A stretch of 40,913 nt of DNA from Chrysochromulina tobinii. Its lineage: Eukaryota. Position 1 is the stretch's first letter. Every line of letters begins with the position of its first letter. The notes below the pieces were generated by a model. The model saw only the letters and a list, made by a program, of their open reading frames with translations. It was not told the origin of the DNA and ran no database searches. The stretch lies in assembly GCA_001275005.1 (NCBI GenBank), contig JWZX01002640.1, positions 1 through 40,913 of the forward strand, given 5' to 3'. Positions 1 through 6,000 of the stretch are shown here, piece by piece. Position numbers and translations under genes: made by a program.

Positions 1-85
1 ACCCTAACCCTAACCCTAACCCTAACCCTAACCCTAACCCTAACCCTAACCCTAACCCTAACCCTAACCCTAACCCTAACCCTAA
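1..85 (-). repeat. Telomeric repeat (CCCTAA)14, i.e. TTAGGG on the minus strand; chromosome end
   Basis: Perfect CCCTAA x14 at 2-85 at the window edge, C-rich strand on +, as expected for a left chromosome end. Confidence 0.97.
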
Positions 86-3000
86 GCGCAACGGCAAAAG
101 CGAGGCCGCCCGCATCGCCCAGCTTGTTGCTGTTAAGGCTCAGCTGCGTCAGCGTCGTGTTCGTCTGAAGCGCAACGGCGAGCGCCTGGCTGCTCTCCGC
201 GCCGAGACTGTTGCCACCCAAGTCGAGCTGCGTCAGAGACCGGTTACGTGTGATAAGGTATGCAATCACGAGCCCGGACGCATCACCCAAGCGCTTCCCC
301 GAAAGCACAATACTCGCCGCGCTGGTGAGCTCCGCGATCGAGAGAACATCGCCGTCCAACGCGATCATGTGAAGAGTCGTGTTCGTCTTGAGCACCTCGA
401 CCAGCGCCTTGCCACTCTCCGTGCCAAGCTGGTTGCCACCCAAGTCGAGCTGCGTCAGAGATCGGTTCCCTGAGATCAAGTGTGCAATCACGAGCCCGGA
501 CGCATCACCCAAGCGCTTCCCCGAAAGCACAATACTCGCCGCGCTGGTGAGCTCCGCGATCGAGAGAACATCGCCGTCCAACGCGATCATGTGAAGGGTC
601 GTGTTCGTCTTGAGCGCCTCGACCACCGCCTTGCCACTCTCCGTGCCAAGCTGGTTGCCACCCAAGTCGAGCTGCGTCAGCGTCGTGTTCGTCTGGAGCG
701 CCACAGCAAGCGCACAGCCACCCGCATCGCCAAGCGTGTTGTGGTTGAGGCTCAGCTGCGTCATCGTCGTGTTCGTCTTGAGCACCTCGACCATCGCCTT
801 GCCACTTTCCGTGCCGAGCTGGTTGCCACCCAAGTCGAGCTGCGTCAGCGTCGTGTTTGTCTGGAGCGCCACAGCGAGCGAACAGCAACCCGCATCACCC
901 AGCTGGTTGCTGCTGAGGCTCAGCTTCGCAAGCGTCGTGTTCGTCTTCAGCATCTCGACCAGAGCCTTGCAGGTACCCGTGCAAAGCCGGTTGCCACCCA
1001 AGTCGAGCTGCGTCAGAGACCGATTCCCTGAGATCAGATGCGCAATCATGAGCCCGGACGCATCACCCAAGCGCTTCCCCGAAAGTACAATACTCGCCGC
1101 GCTGGTGAGCTCCGCGATCGAGATAAAATTGCCTTCCAAAGCGATCATGTGAAGGGTCGTATGCGTCTTGAGCATCTCAACCACCGCCTTACTACTCCCC
1201 GCGTTGAGCCCGATGCCATCCAAGCCGCACTGGTTGAAAACCAAGTTAAGCTTCTTTAGCGTCGTGTTCTTCTTTAGCATCTCAACCACCGCCTTGCCGC
1301 TCTCAGTGCCGAGCTGGTTGCCACCCAAGTCAAGCTGCGTCAGCGTCGTGTTCGTCTGGAGCACCACAGCAAGCCAATAGCCTACTGCATAGCCCAGCTT
1401 GTTGTAGTTGAGGCTCAGCTGCGCAAGCATGGTGTTCGTCTTGAGCACCTCTACCATCGCCTTGCCGCTCTCCGTGCCAAGTTGGTTGCTGCCCAAGTCG
1501 AGCTGTGTCAACGTCATGTTCGTCTGGAGCGCCACAGCGAGCGCACAGCCACCCGCATCGCCCAGCTTGTTGTTGTTCAAGCTCAGCTGCGTCAGCGTTG
1601 TGTTCGTCTGGAGAACTACAGCAAGCAAACATCCAACCGCATCCTCCAACTGGTTCTTGTTGAGGCTCAGCTGCGCAAGCTTTGTGTTCGTTTTGAGCGC
1701 CTCGACCATCGCCTTGCCGCTCTCCGTGCCAAGCTGGTTGTCACCCAAGTCGAGCTGCGTCAGCGTCGTGTTCGTCTGAAGCGCAACGGCGAGCGCCTTG
1801 CCACTTTCCGTGCCGAGCTGGTTGCCACCCAAGTCGAGCTGCGTCAGCGTCGTGTTCGTCTGGAGCGCCACAGCGAGCGCGCAGCCACCCGCATCGCCCA
1901 GATTGTTGCGGATGAGGCTCAGCTGCGTCAGCGTCGTGTTCGTCTGGAGCGCAACGGCGAGCGCCTTGCCGCTCTCCGTGCGAAGCTCGTTGCCACCCAA
2001 GTCGAGCTGCGTCAGCGTCGTGTTTGTCTGGAGCGCCACAGCGAGCGCGCAGCCACCCGCATCGCCCAGATTGTTGTGGTTGAGGCTCAGCTGTGTCAGC
2101 GTCGTGTTCGTCTTGAGCACCTCTTCCATCGCCTTGCCGCTCTCCGTGCCAAGCTGGTTGCCTCCAAAGTCGAGCTGCGTCAACGTCGTGTTCGTCTGGA
2201 GCACCACAGCAAGCCAATAGCCTGCAGCATCGCCCAGATTGTTGTGGTTGAGGCTCAGCTGCGTCAGCGTCGTGTTTGTCTTGAGCATCTCGACCAGAGC
2301 CTTGCAGATACCCGTGCAAAGCCGGTTGCCACCCAAGTCGAGCTGCGTCAGAGACCGGTTCCCTGAGATCAGATGCGCAATCATGAGCCCGGACGCATCA
2401 CCCAAGCGCTTCCCCGAAAGCACGACACTCGCCGAGCTGGTGAGCTCCACGATTGAGAGAACATCGCCGTCCAACGCGATCATATGAAGGGTCGTGTTCG
2501 TCTTGAGCATCTCGACCACCGCCGTGCCGCTCTCCGTGCCAAGCTGGTTGCCACCCAAGTCGAGCTGCGTCAGCGTCGTGTTTGTCTGGAGCGCCACAGC
2601 GAGCGCGCAGCCACCCGCATCGCCAAGCGTGTTGTGGTTGAGGCTCAGCTGCGTCAGCGTCGTGTTCGTCTGGAGCATAACGGCGAGCGCCTTGCCACTT
2701 TCCGTGCCGAGCTGGTTGCCACCCAAGTCGAGCTGCGTCAGCGTCGTGTTCGTCTGGAGCGCCACAGCGAGCGCGCAGCCACCCGCATCGCCAAGCGTGC
2801 TGTATTTGAGGCTCAGCTGCATCAGCGTCGTGTTCGTCTTTAGCATCTCGACCACCGCCTTGCCGCTCTCCGTGCCAAGCTGGTTGCCACCCAAGTCGAG
2901 CTGCGTCAGCGTCGTGTTCGTCTGGAGCGCCACAGCGAGCGCGCAGCCACCCGCATCGCACAGCCTGCTGTTGTTGAGGCTCAGCTGCGTCAGCGTCGTG

Positions 3001-6000
3001 TTCGTCTGAAGCGCAACGGCGAGCGCCTTGCCGCTCTCCGCGCCGAGACTGTTGCCACCCAAGTCGAGCTGCGTCAGAGACCGGTTACGGGAGATCTCTA
3101 TGGCGAGCGTGCGGCCGTCTGCATCGCCCAACTGGTTGCTTCTGAGGCTCAGCTGCGCAAGGGCCGTGTTCGTCTTGAGCACCTCGACCAGCGCCTTGCA
3201 GGTCTCCGTGCTGAGATTGTTGCCACCCAAGTCGAGCTGCGTCAGAGACCGGTTACGTGAGATCAGATGCGCAATCACGAGCCCGAACGCATCACCCAAG
3301 CGCTTCTCCGAAAGCACAATACTCGCCGCGCTGGTGAGCTCCACGATTGAGAGAACAACGCCGCCGCACGCGATCGTGTGAAAACTCGAGTTCATCTTGA
3401 GCAACTTAAGCACAGCCTTGTCCCTCTCCGTGCTGAGATTGTTGCCACCCAAGTCAAGATGCCTCAGCGTGGTGTTTGTCTGGAGCGCCACAGCGAGCGC
3501 GCAGCCACCCGAATCGCCCAGATTGTTGTGGTTGAGGCTCAGCTGCGTCAGCGTCGTGTTCGTCTGAAGCGCAACGGCGAGCGCCTTGCCGCTCTCCGCG
3601 CCGAGACTGCTGCCACCCAAGTCGAGCTGCGTCAGCGTCGTGTTTGTCTGGAGCGCCACAGCGAGCGCGCAGCCACCCGAATCGCCCAGATTGTTGTGGT
3701 TGAGGCTCAGCTGCGTCAGCGTCGTGTTCGTCTGAAGCGCAACGGCGAGCGCCTTGCCGCTCTCCGCGCCGAGCCGGTTGCCACCCAAGTCGAGCTGCGT
3801 CAGAGACCAGTTACGTGAGATCAAGTGTGCAATCACGAGCCCGGACGCATCACCCAAGCGCTTCTCCGAAAGCACAATACTCGCCGCGCTGGTGAGCTCC
3901 GCGATCGAGAGAACATCGCCGTCCAACGCTACTATGCGAAGGGTCGTGTTCGTCTTGAGCACCTCGACCATCGCCTTGCCGCTCTCCGCGTGGAGCCTGT
4001 TGTCACCCAAGTCGAGCTGCGTCAGCATCGTGTTCGTCTGGAGCGCCACAGCGAGCGCGCAGCCACCCGCATCGCCCAGCCAGTTGCCGTTGAGGCTCAT
4101 CTGCGTCAGAGACCGGTTACTTGTGATCAGGTGCGTGATCACGAGCCCGGACGCATCACCCAAGCGCTTCCTCGAAAGCACAATACTCGCCGCGCTGGTG
4201 AGCTCCGCGATCGAGAGAACATCGCCGTCCAACGCTACTATGCGAAGGGTCGTGTTCGTCTTGAGCGCCTCGACCATCGCCTTGCCGCTCTCCGCGCCGA
4301 GATCGTTGCGACCCAAGTCGAGCTGCGTCAGCGTCGTATTCGTCTTGAGCGCCTCGACCATCTTGACGCTCTCGCCATGAGTCAACTTGTTCTCTCGCAA
4401 GCCGAGCGACGCCAGCCCATGCATCAGCTGCACCACCACAGCGACCATCGTCGGCCGATCTCCCCCAATCAGTTTCTGGCTCAGGTCGAGCTCATCACCC
4501 ACCCCCCCGGCTGTCTGCTTCAGCCCCTTGCCAAAGGCGTCGCCCATCTCGTTGCCGAGCATGACCACGTTGGCCCAAAACGCCGGCCACTGCCAAGGTG
4601 GCGGCGACCCCTCAGGGAGACGGTACTTGCCCGAGCAGATGGCCTGCGCTGCAAAGAACTCCTGGAAGGAGAGGTGCGCCGACTGCATCTGGAGCGGCTC
4701 GACCTGCAGCAGGCTGAGAAGAGGGAGCCTATCCTGCCCCACGCGTTCGCGCACCTCCGCGACTGCCGCCCGCTCCTCATCGCGCAGCGCCTGGACCGCG
4801 CCGTCCAGGGCAGGATGGCTCGCCGCATCTGCTCTCGCCATCTGCGCCCGGCAAGCAGCTTTGTCCAGCCCAGACGATGCGAGCTGCTCGGGCTCCAGCC
4901 GCTCTATTGTGGCGCCGTCCTCCAGCTTGACCCTGTAATGAATGGAATGAGATGTTTTATAGATATCGTCGATAACGCCGCGTTGGCCCTTCCCCTTGCC
5001 GTCCAGCAGCTCCACGTAGTGGCCCTCCTCCGCCCGGCCCTTGAACGTCTGGAAGGGGTACACCACCTTCGCATCCAAGTCGGCGAGCGTCCCCGGCGGC
5101 GCAAAGGCGCCCAGCGCCCCGCGGAGTAGCTGCACGTCGGTGATCACGCGCGCCTGCGCCACGTGCGCCTCGAAGAACACAACTTCCAGCAGCGTGCGCA
5201 CTTCTGCCGTCACGACGCCGCCGCGCGCGAGCATCGCGTCGGATGCGCTCGCGTACAGCTCCACGACCGTCTTCGGCATGCCCAGCCCTTTGCGGATCTC
5301 GAAGACCGACGCGACCATCGAGAGCATCAGCGGGTTGGCCGTGACGCGATGCTGCATCGTCGGCGCAGCAGGGTCCGTGCTCGTTGGCATGCGCTCGACA
5401 AAGGCCATCAGCTGCCTCACGTCCCCCTCATTCCCCAGCCGCTGCAGCAGCGCCTGCTCCTGCTGCGCCTCCGTCAGCGGCGCCAGCTTCAGCAAGCGGA
5501 AGCCGGAAAAGCGCGCCTCGACCACGCCCGCCGGCCGCGAGGTGCAGAGCATCACGTGGCCCTGATGTGCCAGCACCTTGACAACGTGCTGCTCGATCTC
5601 GGCGCGCTTGGCGCCGGCCTCGTCGAGCCCGTCGAGGAGGAGGAGCGCTCGGCGCGCCATCATCGCCTGGCGCAGCATGCGGTACACCTCGGGCCTCTCA
5701 GCGTACGTGAGGCAGAGGTACGCGTCGACCCAGTTCCAGTGCGACGTGAACGCGTCTGGTGCATCGCGCAGCTTCGCCTGGAGCAGCTGCACCTTGATCA
5801 CGATGGGCACCAGCTCGGCACAATCGAGCGCCAGGACCACCACCTGGCTGATGAGCGTCGTTTTGCCCGCTGCGGGGGGCGCGGTGAGCAGCGCGGCTCC
5901 CGGAGCAGTGATCGCCTCGCCAAGGCTTCGTGCAGCGTGTAGCGAGTGCAGCCAATCGCTCAGGCCGCGCACGTCGCGCACGCCCGCCAGATCGGCATCT

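Noticed and set aside
86..4428. CRISPR-like or satellite interpretation of the regular repeats
   Set aside because: Unit lengths are multiples of 3 and translate to LRRs. There are no unique spacers or cas genes, and the context is eukaryotic.
86..4428. Diversity-generating retroelement, suggested by variation at adenines of AAC codons
   Set aside because: No reverse transcriptase or separate non-coding template repeat in the window, and some changes are at non-A positions. Selection on Asn-rich codons explains the pattern.
4930..4980. Possible intron in the AT-rich patch of the NLR-like ORF
   Set aside because: The frame stays open and the translation forms the middle of a coherent KOW-like motif.
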